Assembly (NCBI GenBank): GCA_043825875.1
Contig: JBDRRF010000066.1
Span: 1 to 64,000, forward strand
DNA: 64,000 bases
Direction: 5' to 3'
From: Pseudomonadota bacterium
Lineage (GTDB): Bacteria; Desulfobacterota; Desulfobacteria; Desulfobacterales; RPRI01
Position numbers and translations under genes: made by a program. Within the stretch, counting starts at the first letter, position 1. Each line of letters starts with the position of its first letter. The notes below the pieces were generated by a model. That model saw only the letters and a program-made list of their open reading frames with translations, searched no databases and had not been told where the DNA came from. Positions 36,423-46,419 of this stretch are shown in pieces.

Positions 36423-37679
36423 TCATTTTGGCTTTTGACCCGTTTCTACTCCAGGTTTTAATACAAGAAAATAAAAATTCCCCTCATGTTGCATGTTACC
36501 TGCTGCTATTTCGGCATATTTCCCGTTACCCCAAAAAAGATCCGCCCGGCCCGGCCCGCGTATTGCACCTCCCGTATCCTGGGCTAATACAAATTTATTA
36601 TAATTTGACCAGGCAATGATTTCTCCGTTTTCATCTATATCAGGTTTTAATGTTTCTACATATACTAACCCTGATAATGGAAATATGCTTTTGTCCAATG
36701 CTACTGATCTTTGCGGCGTAAGTTTTACTTCAAGATATCCAAAAGGCCCGGCTTGTTCAGGCTTAAAAAAAACATAGCTTGGGTTATGATTTAAAATTTC
36801 GTGCATTTTATCAGGGTTGGAATTTAAATACTTACGGATATTTTGCATAGACATTTCCGAACGCGGTATAATATCCTGCTGAATCAATAAAGCTCCAATA
36901 CTTTTATATGGATGACCGTTTGTAGCATGATAATGGACATGTAGAATTTCTCCGTTATCAAGATTAATCTTTCCCGACCCTTGTATCTGAAGGAAAAAAA
37001 GGCTGACCGGATCTTTGACCCATGCAATAACTATAGCTTCATTTTCAGCAATTGCTCCCGTTTCGATTTGCTTACGATCGTAGTAAGGCACAACCGTTTG
37101 ACCTGTATATCGTCCTGTAATTTTTTCTCCCTTATATTTTAAAGAAAATAAGGAAAGATCTATAGTAACAAGATCGGATGGCTTCCCATAAACCGGATAT
37201 TTATATATGTCATTTTTGAAAAGACTTCCTTCAAGCTCAGGCTCATAATATCCTGTAAACAGAACTCTTCCATTTTTATCGTTTCCTGTAGATTTATATA
37301 CATAGTAATTCGTTTTGATATAATCTCTTAAGTCATCCGCTGGTGGCCTGCTTGCAATAAACTTCTGAAAAGCTTCTAAAGATTCTACCATCTGAGATGT
37401 AGTATAAATATCATTGGCGAATTTGAATTTTTTATCAGCAGGCCTTTTTAAAAGGTAAGAAAGACTTTGTGTTATGCTTTCATCCAGATTTTCATAATTT
37501 AAATCATCGCGAAAATCAGGAAATTTTGAGGAAGATAGTTTTACCATTGCTTCCATTTCCGCTTTAGAGCCCAATATAAATTTAGCACATCCTGTAAAGC
37601 CCAAAATCAAAACCGAAACAGATAACAAAAAGAAAGAAATTAATATTATTTTTATTTTTTTTTGCATTATCAAATCCAA
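36423..37679 (-). CDS. mltA: Membrane-bound lytic transglycosylase A
   Basis: TGYYEP, FFLQIQGSG, NPSYVFF, QDTGGAIRG, DLFWG; lipobox-like FTGC. Confidence 0.92.
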   Translation of the reverse strand: MDLIMQKKIKIILISFFLLSVSVLILGFTGCAKFILGSKAEMEAMVKLSSSKFPDFRDDLNYENLDESITQSLSYLLKRPADKKFKFANDIYTTSQMVESLEAFQKFIASRPPADDLRDYIKTNYYVYKSTGNDKNGRVLFTGYYEPELEGSLFKNDIYKYPVYGKPSDLVTIDLSLFSLKYKGEKITGRYTGQTVVPYYDRKQIETGAIAENEAIVIAWVKDPVSLFFLQIQGSGKINLDNGEILHVHYHATNGHPYKSIGALLIQQDIIPRSEMSMQNIRKYLNSNPDKMHEILNHNPSYVFFKPEQAGPFGYLEVKLTPQRSVALDKSIFPLSGLVYVETLKPDIDENGEIIAWSNYNKFVLAQDTGGAIRGPGRADLFWGNGKYAEIAAGNMQHEGNFYFLVLKPGVETGQKPK

Positions 37680-37694
37680 ATTTTTTGTCAGGAA

Positions 37695-37837
37695 GAGCCA
37701 CTTTCAAAACGTTTCAGTTTGGTCAAGCTCAAGGCGGGAGAAAATTTCAACCACAGGAATACATTTAGTATTTCGAGGATTGAAATTTGAGCCCGACGCT
37801 TAAGATCGGTCAAAATGGGGCGTTTTGAAACTGGCTC
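37695..37837 (+). mobile_element. MITE-like element, copy 3 (shortest), inserted at the moaC stop codon
   Basis: Same terminal inverted repeats; TCAGGAAGA present on both sides. Confidence 0.88.
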
Positions 37838-38327
37838 AGGAAGAACTTGTTTTTTCTCTTGTAAATTTTCCGCTTTTGCCGCCTTGTTTTTCAATAAGGC
37901 ATATATCTGAAATAGTCATTTCCCTGTCATAGGATTTACACATATCATATATAGTTAAAGCCGCAATAGAGACAGCAGTCAAAGCCTCCATTTCAACGCC
38001 CGTCTGGCTGAAAATCTTAACGGAAGACTCTATTCTTATGCTACTTGAAGCCTCATCCGGATAAAAATCCACAGCAACATGGGTTAAATTTAAAGGATGG
38101 CACATCGGTATAAGATCCGATGTTTTTTTGGCAGCCATTATTCCGGCAATCCTGGCAGTTTCAAGAACATTTCCTTTTTTAACCTTTTGATTCATTATCA
38201 TCATCAAGGTATCTTGTTTCATGGAAACAACACCACCAGCAATTGCACTTCTCTGAGTTGGTTTTTTTTCTGTAACATCAACCATGCGTACATTGCCGTT
38301 TTTATCAATATGAGTAAAAGAAGACAT
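37836..38327 (-). CDS. moaC: Cyclic pyranopterin monophosphate synthase
   Basis: THID...MVDV, LIPMCHP, TGVEMEAL, IYDMCK, KQGGKSG. Confidence 0.96.
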   Translation of the reverse strand: MSSFTHIDKNGNVRMVDVTEKKPTQRSAIAGGVVSMKQDTLMMIMNQKVKKGNVLETARIAGIMAAKKTSDLIPMCHPLNLTHVAVDFYPDEASSSIRIESSVKIFSQTGVEMEALTAVSIAALTIYDMCKSYDREMTISDICLIEKQGGKSGKFTREKTSSS

Positions 38328-38402
38328 TAAGATTTCCCCTCTCCTTTTGTCAGCTAACAATTCATGAGCTTACCAATTTATAAACTATCTTTCCCTTATT
38401 CG

Positions 38403-39806
38403 CTAAAGCTTTATAACTTTCATCATGTTGGTAGTGCCTGCAACATATTCTTTCGTACCGGATGTAATCACAACAAGATCTCCTTTTGATACACGCTTTG
38501 AAGAAAGAGCCGAAAAAGCCGTATTCTCACTACTGCAACTATCAGCATCGGGATATGCGACAAGGCTTGGCAAACATCCCCAGTATAGGGCAAGGCGTCT
38601 TGCCGTAGTTTTTTCGGGAGAAAGGGCTATAATTAAGGGTTTAGGCCTAAACCGTGAAATATGGGCGGCTGTTGAGCCGGAACGCGTTGTAGCAACAATA
38701 GCTTTAGCATTAAGGTGATCTGCAAGAATACATGAAGCGAACGCTACCGAATGGGAAATATCCGATTCCGGCATAAGATTTAAGTATTTTTCATGCGGAT
38801 AATTTTCTTCGGCGCTTTCGGCTATCTTGCTCATATACTGAACCGCCTGAACAGGGTAGTCACCGCTTGCCGTTTCCTCTGAAAGCATAATAGCATCGGC
38901 ACCATCTAATACAGCATTTGCAACATCGTTGGCTTCAGCTCTTGTGGGACGTGGTGAATTGACCATTGAGCGAAGCATCTGGGTAGCTATAATGACCGGC
39001 TTGCCCATAGCATTTGCTTTTTTAACAAGCATTTTCTGAATATTCGGTACATTTTCAAGTGGTATCTCTACACCAAGGTCACCACGTGCAACCATTATTC
39101 CATCCGATACATCCATGATTTCTTCTATATTATCAAGAGCCTCATGTTTTTCTATTTTAGCTATAACGGGAGTATTTTTATGCGCTTTTTTAATTATATT
39201 TTTCAGAAAAATAATATCTTTTGCACTTCTTACAAAAGATAGAGCAACATAATCTACATTGTTTTTAAGCCCGAAAACAAGATCCCCTTGATCTTTATAA
39301 GTCAGTGCATCAGCTTTTATAGTGCCGGTAGGAAGATTTATTCCTTTATTGGAAGTAAGAACTCCGCCGGTTATGACTTCACAGATTATATCTATATGGT
39401 GTATCCTTTTTACTACAAGCTCCAGCATGCCGTCTGCAAGCAGTATCCTGTCTCCAGGCTTAACATCAGATGCAAGACTCTGGTACGATACGGACACCCT
39501 TTCGGAATTACCCTCAACAATCCTGCTTGTAAGTGTAAAAGTCTGGCCAGGCTCAAGACGAACACCCGGTTCTTTTACTTTTCCCACTCTGATTTTAGGG
39601 CCGCAAAGATCCTGTAAAATAGCAACATGCGCGCCAAGCTTGTCTGAAATAGCCCGAATATCGGTCATCTTTTTAAGATGTTCTTCATGAGTGCCGTGCG
39701 AAAAATTCAATCTGGCAACATTCATCCCGTTTAAAATAAGTTTTTCTAAAACTTCGGGTGACTCGCTGGATGGGCCTATTGTGCATACGATTTTTGTTTT
39801 CGGCAT
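38403..39806 (-). CDS. pyk: Pyruvate kinase
   Basis: TKIVCTIGP, RLNFSHG, AKIE, MVARGDLGVE, ATQML, MLSEETA. Confidence 0.97.
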   Translation of the reverse strand: MPKTKIVCTIGPSSESPEVLEKLILNGMNVARLNFSHGTHEEHLKKMTDIRAISDKLGAHVAILQDLCGPKIRVGKVKEPGVRLEPGQTFTLTSRIVEGNSERVSVSYQSLASDVKPGDRILLADGMLELVVKRIHHIDIICEVITGGVLTSNKGINLPTGTIKADALTYKDQGDLVFGLKNNVDYVALSFVRSAKDIIFLKNIIKKAHKNTPVIAKIEKHEALDNIEEIMDVSDGIMVARGDLGVEIPLENVPNIQKMLVKKANAMGKPVIIATQMLRSMVNSPRPTRAEANDVANAVLDGADAIMLSEETASGDYPVQAVQYMSKIAESAEENYPHEKYLNLMPESDISHSVAFASCILADHLNAKAIVATTRSGSTAAHISRFRPKPLIIALSPEKTTARRLALYWGCLPSLVAYPDADSCSSENTAFSALSSKRVSKGDLVVITSGTKEYVAGTTNMMKVIKL

Positions 39807-39833
39807 GATATATTATCCTTTTCGCAATTGCTA

Positions 39834-41321
39834 CTAAGATCGACGGCAAATATTTAATATAACATTTTCAAGTACTGTTTTGGGATTATGACCGGATGAT
39901 TTTAAGTGCAAGTCGGCATCTTTCAGGCATTCAAATGCAAAAAAAAGCTCGTCCATACTGAATTTTTCCGATTTTTTAATCAAACCCCATAAAGGATAAG
40001 GGCTTTTTGAATTTTTAGCAATTAAAAGATCAGTACCGGGTTTGCTTTTCTTTTTTGTGTTTTTTTTCTTTGGGTCACTAACAGTATCTGCATATTGATC
40101 TTCCGCTAAGAGACTATCCCATGATTCGATGTGATTTAACAATGCATCTTCATACTTTTCTATAGCAGGCATTGTAACTGACACAAAACGGGGATATGGA
40201 AACCCGGTTTCCCAGGCTTTGCCATAAGAACTATTTGCAAATCCTTTAATACAAATAATTTTTCTGATCTGGTTTATTATTGCAGATAGCGCCTGAAGAG
40301 GATGAATTCCGGAATAAAGAAGAGAATCAAGGAAAAATAAAGAATCTGCAACATTTTTATCGGATACGGCATTTGTCAATTCATAAATCGGATCCAGTTT
40401 TGTTCTTTTCAAAACCGTTTCTACATCTCGTACAGTTATTTTATTTCTCTTATCTGTATAATTTATAAGCTTTTCAACATTGTTTAACAAGGTCCGCAGA
40501 TCAAATCCGGTCATTTCATACACTGCAAGATATGCGTCATTGTCTATTGTCTTGCCGCTTTTTATCAGTACTTCATTAATCCTTTCCCGAATTATGTTTT
40601 CCCTGGCACTTTTTTCATTTCTGGAATCACCCTTGGGAATCTGACAATTGATTATCATCCCTTTTTCTTTTAAAGATTTATAAAGGCTTAATCTTTTATC
40701 AACAAACTGTGCCGTTACTACCATGTGGTTTTTTTCGGGAAAACCCTTATCAATAGCTTTAAGAAAAAAAGAAGCACTGTCTATCGATTCTGAAACACTT
40801 ACATTATTACCAAGACAATATGAAATAATATCATCAAACCATGAATCGTCTGATCCGGTGTCATCAATGCCAAGCGATTTGCTTCTGTTTGCTTTATCCA
40901 CATCATCGAAAGAAAGCCCAAGCAGAGACATTACGTTTGTAAAAACCTTAGAGGCTTTTTTCATGTCCTTTTTTACATAATATTCTTTTGCTTTTTCAAG
41001 AAGGCTCGCATTGGTTTCTTTTGAATAAAATAAATTAGAGTCAGTAAAAGTAATTACTTTTCTTCCCGGCATAAAAGAAAAAGTGTTAGCACGCTCGACC
41101 GCGTCAAATATATTTTCGTTTACCCCGTCAATTATATCGAAATTAAGATTTTCAGTTAACAAAGAGGAATCTGAAGAATCCGGCAGTAAAGCTTTTAATA
41201 GCTCATCGAGTGCAGTTTTACACAGCAGTTCTTCGCCATGGATAAGATATACCGGGGAAAAGCTGCTTTTATTTGCGTCTTTGATATGATTTTTGAGTTC
41301 TTTATAATCTATTTCAGGCAT
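39834..41321 (-). CDS. holA: DNA polymerase III delta subunit (long form)
   Basis: PVYLIHGEE, DKRL..YK, NNVEKL, ADLHLKSSG. Confidence 0.8.
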   Translation of the reverse strand: MPEIDYKELKNHIKDANKSSFSPVYLIHGEELLCKTALDELLKALLPDSSDSSLLTENLNFDIIDGVNENIFDAVERANTFSFMPGRKVITFTDSNLFYSKETNASLLEKAKEYYVKKDMKKASKVFTNVMSLLGLSFDDVDKANRSKSLGIDDTGSDDSWFDDIISYCLGNNVSVSESIDSASFFLKAIDKGFPEKNHMVVTAQFVDKRLSLYKSLKEKGMIINCQIPKGDSRNEKSARENIIRERINEVLIKSGKTIDNDAYLAVYEMTGFDLRTLLNNVEKLINYTDKRNKITVRDVETVLKRTKLDPIYELTNAVSDKNVADSLFFLDSLLYSGIHPLQALSAIINQIRKIICIKGFANSSYGKAWETGFPYPRFVSVTMPAIEKYEDALLNHIESWDSLLAEDQYADTVSDPKKKNTKKKSKPGTDLLIAKNSKSPYPLWGLIKKSEKFSMDELFFAFECLKDADLHLKSSGHNPKTVLENVILNICRRS

Positions 41322-41337
41322 TTTATATAATAAATAA

Positions 41338-41443
41338 AGGGTTCAGGGATTCGAGGAGCCAAGGGGTCAAGTGTTTATTTTCTTGAGTTATAAAATACTT
41401 TCCTTTTCACTCGAGTCCTTGAACCCTGGACCCCTTGAACCCT
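41338..41443. repeat. Inverted arms of degenerate 8-bp tandem repeats
   Basis: GGTTCAGG-GATTCGAG-GAGCCAAG-GGGTCAAG-TG ... CA-CTCGAGTC-CTTGAACC-CTGGACCC-CTTGAACC. Confidence 0.8.
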
Positions 41444-41482
41444 ATAGTAATTGTCAAAATAATATTTCGATTTTTGTTATAA

Positions 41483-42250
41483 TTATTTACTTTTCGCTTT
41501 ATTACCCAAGACCAAAAGCATTATAGCTGATATTATCGCAGCCAAGATCCCCACTACCTGAGAAACAGAAAGAATCCCAAAGACAAAATCGCCTCTGAAA
41601 TCGGCTCTGAATACTTCGATAATAGATCTTGTTATTCCATAAACTAAAACATAAATCCAAAATACCTGACCGTTAAATTTTTTATGCCTGCGAATAAACA
41701 GCAGAAACAAAAATATGATCAAATTATTTAAAGCTGAATAAAGCTGGGTTGGATGAAGAGGAGTACCGATAGGGGCAAGAGAATCAGGATTGTTAAAAGT
41801 AACTGCCCAGGGTAATTCGCAGTATTTCCCATAGCAGCAACCCGCAAAAAAGCATCCTATTCTTCCGAAAAAATGCGCAAGAGCAATTGAGGGAGCCAAA
41901 ATGTCAGTTGTTTTCATTACAGGAATTTTTTTTATTTTAAAATAGATAATTCCAGTAATAAATGCTGCTATAAAGCCCCCGTAAAAAACAAGCCCCCCGT
42001 TCCATACCTTAAATATTTCAACCGGATTTTCAAGAAACAGCCTTGGATTCGTTGCAATGTAGAACAGGCGTGAGCCAATAATTGCGGAAACCAGAATATA
42101 AAAACACAGGTCCATTATCATGTCAGGGTTTTCGCCAAGTCTTTTCGCTTCTTTTACGGCAAAATATATTCCCGCAAGAAAACCCAAAGCAATGAAAAAG
42201 CCGTAAGTATATATTGATAATGGGCCAATTTTTAAGAGAATAGGATGCAT
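41483..42250 (-). CDS. lgt: Prolipoprotein diacylglyceryl transferase
   Basis: WNGGLVFYGG, GRIGCF..GCCYG, HPTQLY, EVFR. Confidence 0.96.
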   Translation of the reverse strand: MHPILLKIGPLSIYTYGFFIALGFLAGIYFAVKEAKRLGENPDMIMDLCFYILVSAIIGSRLFYIATNPRLFLENPVEIFKVWNGGLVFYGGFIAAFITGIIYFKIKKIPVMKTTDILAPSIALAHFFGRIGCFFAGCCYGKYCELPWAVTFNNPDSLAPIGTPLHPTQLYSALNNLIIFLFLLFIRRHKKFNGQVFWIYVLVYGITRSIIEVFRADFRGDFVFGILSVSQVVGILAAIISAIMLLVLGNKAKSK

Positions 42251-42318
42251 ATAATCTCCTCTTGGATAGATATTTCGGTTCGTATACTAAATGCGGTTGC
42301 AGCTAAAACATTAGCTCA

Positions 42319-42819
42319 TCAGTCTGGCATTTTTTTAAGCAGGATATGAAACAACAATATACACATCCCGATGGAAATAGCACTGTCTGCAACATTAAAT
42401 GCCGGCCAGTGTAAATTTCCTATATAGAAATCCAGAAAATCAACAACTTTCCCGAAACGTATTCTATCAACCAAATTCCCTGCCGCTCCGCCAAATATCA
42501 AAGCAAGAGCAGTTGCAAGCATAGAATAATTTCTTGGCGTAACTTTATAAAAATAGAAAATAAGACATAATGCAAGAAATGAAATAACAACAAAAACCAG
42601 CTTTCTTACAACAGGACTTTGACCTGAAAGAAATCCGAATGCTCCACCAGGATTATGAATATGGGTAAGGCTGAAAAAACTGTCAATAACCGGTATGGAA
42701 TGATAAAGCGGCATATATTTTAATACTATTATCTTTGTAACCTGATCAAGCAAGAGAACTATGCCGGCTATAATTATAAGTTTTATATATTTATTTATTT
42801 TCACTTTACTATTTGCCAT
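42319..42819 (-). CDS. lspA: Lipoprotein signal peptidase II
   Basis: DQVTK, NPGGAFG, GNLVDR, VVDFLD, FNVAD. Confidence 0.96.
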   Translation of the reverse strand: MANSKVKINKYIKLIIIAGIVLLLDQVTKIIVLKYMPLYHSIPVIDSFFSLTHIHNPGGAFGFLSGQSPVVRKLVFVVISFLALCLIFYFYKVTPRNYSMLATALALIFGGAAGNLVDRIRFGKVVDFLDFYIGNLHWPAFNVADSAISIGMCILLFHILLKKMPD

Positions 42820-45616
42820 TTGCTATTTGCTTAAGCGCATCCTGGCATCTGTTGCAAATAGTTGGTGCATCAGTGTTTGAGCCTACAGACATATCGTAAA
42901 TCCAGCATCTTTCACACTTTTTCCCAGGTGCCGGTTCTGCTGAAATATAAAGCCCTTCTATCTCATGGCTTTGTGTAAAACCTTCGTGTTTCCCGTTTTT
43001 AATCAAAGTCACATCCGAAGTAATAAAAATAGTTTTTAATTCTTCTAAATATCCGGCAAGAAGATCAAATAAATCATCTGGTGCGGATATTTTAACAGAA
43101 GCATTAAGCGAATGACCGATTATTTTTTTAGCTCTTGCTTCTTCAAGCACCTTGGTAACCTCGGTACGCACTTCAATTATTTTTTTCCATTTTTGTCCAA
43201 GAATATTATCTTTCCATTCATTAGAAACTACAGGCAAAAGGGCAAGATGAATGCTTTCTTCTTTACCCTGGTATTCCGGCATAGCTTTCCATATATCTTC
43301 TGAAGTAAAGGGAAGAATCGGAGCCATAATTCTTGTGATAGAATCAAGTATCAAATACATAACGGTTTGTGCGCTTCTTCGCTCCAGGGACTCAGGATAC
43401 GAAGTATAAAGCCTGTCTTTTAAAATATCGAGATAAAAAGCCGACAGATCTGTTGTGCAATAATTATAAAGGCTATGATATATTGTATGAAATTCATAAG
43501 AATCATAAGCCTTAATTGTCTTTTCTGTAAGTTCGCAAAGTTTAAAAAGAGCATACTTGTCTATTTCAGGCATCAAACCATATTCAACTTTGTCCTTTTC
43601 ATGATCAAAATCAAATAAATTCCCCAGCATGAACCTGCATGTATTTCTGATTCTTCTGTAGGCGTCACTTAATTGTTTGAGTATATTATCGGAAATCCGG
43701 ACATCATCTTTGTAATCGGATGCAGAAACCCAGAGCCTTAGGATTTCGGCTCCGTATTTATCTATAACTTTTTTGGGAGCAATTACATTGCCAAGAGATT
43801 TTGACATCTTTTTGCCATTTGCATCTACGACAAATCCATGGGTCAAAACCGATTTATAAGGAGCCTTTCCCCTCGTCCCAACAGCTGTTAGAAGAGAACT
43901 GTGAAACCATCCTCTGTGTTGATCGCTTCCTTCAAGATAGAGATCTGCAGGCCACTTAAGATAGGGGCGCTGTTCAAGTACTGCGGCATGGCTTACCCCC
44001 GAATCAAACCATACATCTAAAATATCCGTTTCCTTTCTGAAAGTATCACTTCCACATTTACTGCAAATACTTGCCTGGGGAATAAGTTCTGACGCTTCTT
44101 TTTCAAACCATATATCTGCTCCGTGTTCTTTGAAAAGCTCAAACAAATGATCAGCTATCTTTTGATTAATATGAAGAGCATTACATTTTTCACAGAAGAA
44201 AACAGCTATTGGAACACCCCATGCACGCTGTCTTGAAACACACCAGTCCGGTCTGTTTTCAATCATTCCGTAAATTCTTTCTCTTCCCCAGGCAGGCATC
44301 CATTTTACCCTGTCGATTTCTTCAAGTGCTTTTTTCCGAAGACCTGTTTTATCCATGGAAATAAACCACTGAGGAGTTGCTCTGAAAATAACGGGCTTTT
44401 TACAACGCCAGCAATGGGGATAAGAATGTGAGATTTTTTCTTCGGCAACAAGAGAGCCTGATTCTTTAAGCTTTAAAACTATATCGTCATTTGCCTTAAA
44501 AACAAATTTATCCTTAAAAAATTCCACATCATCTGTAAAACAGCCATTGTCATTAACAGGAGAATAGGTGTCAAGACCGTACTGAAGACCAACTTCATAG
44601 TCTTCCCTTCCATGCCCCGGAGCTGTATGGACACAACCTGTACCGGCATCTAACGTAACATGATTGCCAAGTATTATAAGTGAATCCCTGTTATATAAAG
44701 GATGTAAACAATGCTTTTTCTCAAGCAGCTCGGCTCTGATTTCACAAAGAACCGAATAATCCGAAATGCCAAATTTTTCCATGCACTTTTGGGCAAGGTC
44801 GGCGGCAAGAATCAATACTTCATTGTTTCCTACATCTACCGCAGAATATTTGAAATCAGGATGCAAAGCCACAGCAAGATTTGCAGGAATAGTCCATGGA
44901 GTTGTTGTCCAGATAACTATATATGTTTTTTTTCCGGAAAGCTCCGGAATTTCCTCTGAAACATCATCTGAAAGTAAAAATTTTACAAATACTGATGGAG
45001 ATGTTTCATCCTCATATTCTATTTCGGCTTCCGCAAGTGCTGTTTTACAGCTACAGCACCAGTGTATAGGCTTTTTGCTATGAAAAAGACTTCCTTCTAA
45101 AGCGAATTTGATACATTCTCTGGCAATGATAGCTTCGTATTCATAAGCCATTGTGAGATACGGATTATCCCACTCAGCTAAAACCCCGAGTCTTTTGAAT
45201 TCTTCACGCTGTATATCAACATATTTTTCTGCATACCGCCTGCAAAGCTTTCTTATCTGGGTTTGGGAATGTTTTTTTGCTTCAGCCCCAAGCTCCTTAT
45301 CAACATTATGTTCTATAGGCAGCCCGTGGCAGTCCCAACCCGGAACATATACAGCGTCAAAATTTGCCATCTGCCTGCTTCGAACTATAATATCCTTCAA
45401 TATTTTGTTTAATGCGGTTCCGATATGTATATTACCGTTTGCATAGGGAGGTCCGTCATGCAGAATAAAAAGTTCCCGATCATTTGAAGCAGTTCGTATC
45501 TTGTTATATAAATTAATATCTTCCCATACTTTTAATAAAACAGGTTCCCGCTTTGCCAGATTGGCTTTCATGGCAAACTCGGTAACGGGAAGATTAAGCG
45601 TTTTCTTGTAATCCAT
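42809..45616 (-). CDS. ileS: Isoleucyl-tRNA synthetase (type 1)
   Basis: [19 protein letters not shown]-terminal CERCW...CNRC. Confidence 0.97.
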   Translation of the reverse strand: MDYKKTLNLPVTEFAMKANLAKREPVLLKVWEDINLYNKIRTASNDRELFILHDGPPYANGNIHIGTALNKILKDIIVRSRQMANFDAVYVPGWDCHGLPIEHNVDKELGAEAKKHSQTQIRKLCRRYAEKYVDIQREEFKRLGVLAEWDNPYLTMAYEYEAIIARECIKFALEGSLFHSKKPIHWCCSCKTALAEAEIEYEDETSPSVFVKFLLSDDVSEEIPELSGKKTYIVIWTTTPWTIPANLAVALHPDFKYSAVDVGNNEVLILAADLAQKCMEKFGISDYSVLCEIRAELLEKKHCLHPLYNRDSLIILGNHVTLDAGTGCVHTAPGHGREDYEVGLQYGLDTYSPVNDNGCFTDDVEFFKDKFVFKANDDIVLKLKESGSLVAEEKISHSYPHCWRCKKPVIFRATPQWFISMDKTGLRKKALEEIDRVKWMPAWGRERIYGMIENRPDWCVSRQRAWGVPIAVFFCEKCNALHINQKIADHLFELFKEHGADIWFEKEASELIPQASICSKCGSDTFRKETDILDVWFDSGVSHAAVLEQRPYLKWPADLYLEGSDQHRGWFHSSLLTAVGTRGKAPYKSVLTHGFVVDANGKKMSKSLGNVIAPKKVIDKYGAEILRLWVSASDYKDDVRISDNILKQLSDAYRRIRNTCRFMLGNLFDFDHEKDKVEYGLMPEIDKYALFKLCELTEKTIKAYDSYEFHTIYHSLYNYCTTDLSAFYLDILKDRLYTSYPESLERRSAQTVMYLILDSITRIMAPILPFTSEDIWKAMPEYQGKEESIHLALLPVVSNEWKDNILGQKWKKIIEVRTEVTKVLEEARAKKIIGHSLNASVKISAPDDLFDLLAGYLEELKTIFITSDVTLIKNGKHEGFTQSHEIEGLYISAEPAPGKKCERCWIYDMSVGSNTDAPTICNRCQDALKQIANGK

Positions 45617-45694
45617 CAACTCCTCCAAAAATCATATAATAAATAAAATAATATTTTGTATTAACAAAGCATTTATCTGTCAAGGTTATTGAAA

Positions 45695-46381
45695 TCAAGA
45701 TAGTTCTTCTTGCTTTTTTATATCGGATCTTCTGATATAATACGGAACAATTGATGCGACATCCTCAATATCATTATTCAAAAACTTCTTAATTCCTAAT
45801 AATGCAACCGTCGAAGCTTTAATAACATTAAATTCATCAGATATAAAGTGAACCAAACCACCAAGCTTTTCTTCTATAACTTCTCTGTAAAGTTTTGAGC
45901 CATCACCAATAAACAGGCAGGGTTCATTAATATCTTCTATTGCTTTTTCCGGAAGAATATTCTTCTCCTGTGTTTGTTTTTTAACCATTCCAGCTACAAA
46001 TCTATAACGTGATGAATAAACTTCGCCCTTTCGCGCATCTATCATAACACATATCAGGTAAGGGGTTTCAGGTAATTGTTCTGCAAGCGCATCAAGGGTT
46101 GATATACCGGCCACAGGTTTTCCTGTTGCTTCGGCAAAACCCTTTACGGAACTTATTCCTATTCGAAGCCCTGTAAAACTTCCCGGCCCTTTTGTAACAG
46201 AAAATCCATCCAAATCATGCGGATTTAAACCGGAGGTTTCAAAAATCTTTTTTATCATACTCATAAGATGTTTTGAATGAGTCTCCCGCACTTCACTAAC
46301 AAGCTCTGCAAGAAGATTTTTATTATGAACTATAGCCACACTGCAACTTTTAGCAGCAGTATCAACAGCAAGTATTTTCAT
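45695..46381 (-). CDS. tsaB: t6A biosynthesis protein TsaB
   Basis: ILAVDT, GPGSFTGLRIG, DARKGEVY. Confidence 0.95.
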   Translation of the reverse strand: MKILAVDTAAKSCSVAIVHNKNLLAELVSEVRETHSKHLMSMIKKIFETSGLNPHDLDGFSVTKGPGSFTGLRIGISSVKGFAEATGKPVAGISTLDALAEQLPETPYLICVMIDARKGEVYSSRYRFVAGMVKKQTQEKNILPEKAIEDINEPCLFIGDGSKLYREVIEEKLGGLVHFISDEFNVIKASTVALLGIKKFLNNDIEDVASIVPYYIRRSDIKKQEELS

Positions 46382-46419
46382 AATAATTAAATGCCGATTC
46401 TTTTGGAAATGATCCCGTT

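Noticed and set aside
37688..37894. ORFs overlapping MITE copies (also 8869-9093 and 29096-29323)
   Set aside because: They are translations of the repeat, with no transposase motifs.
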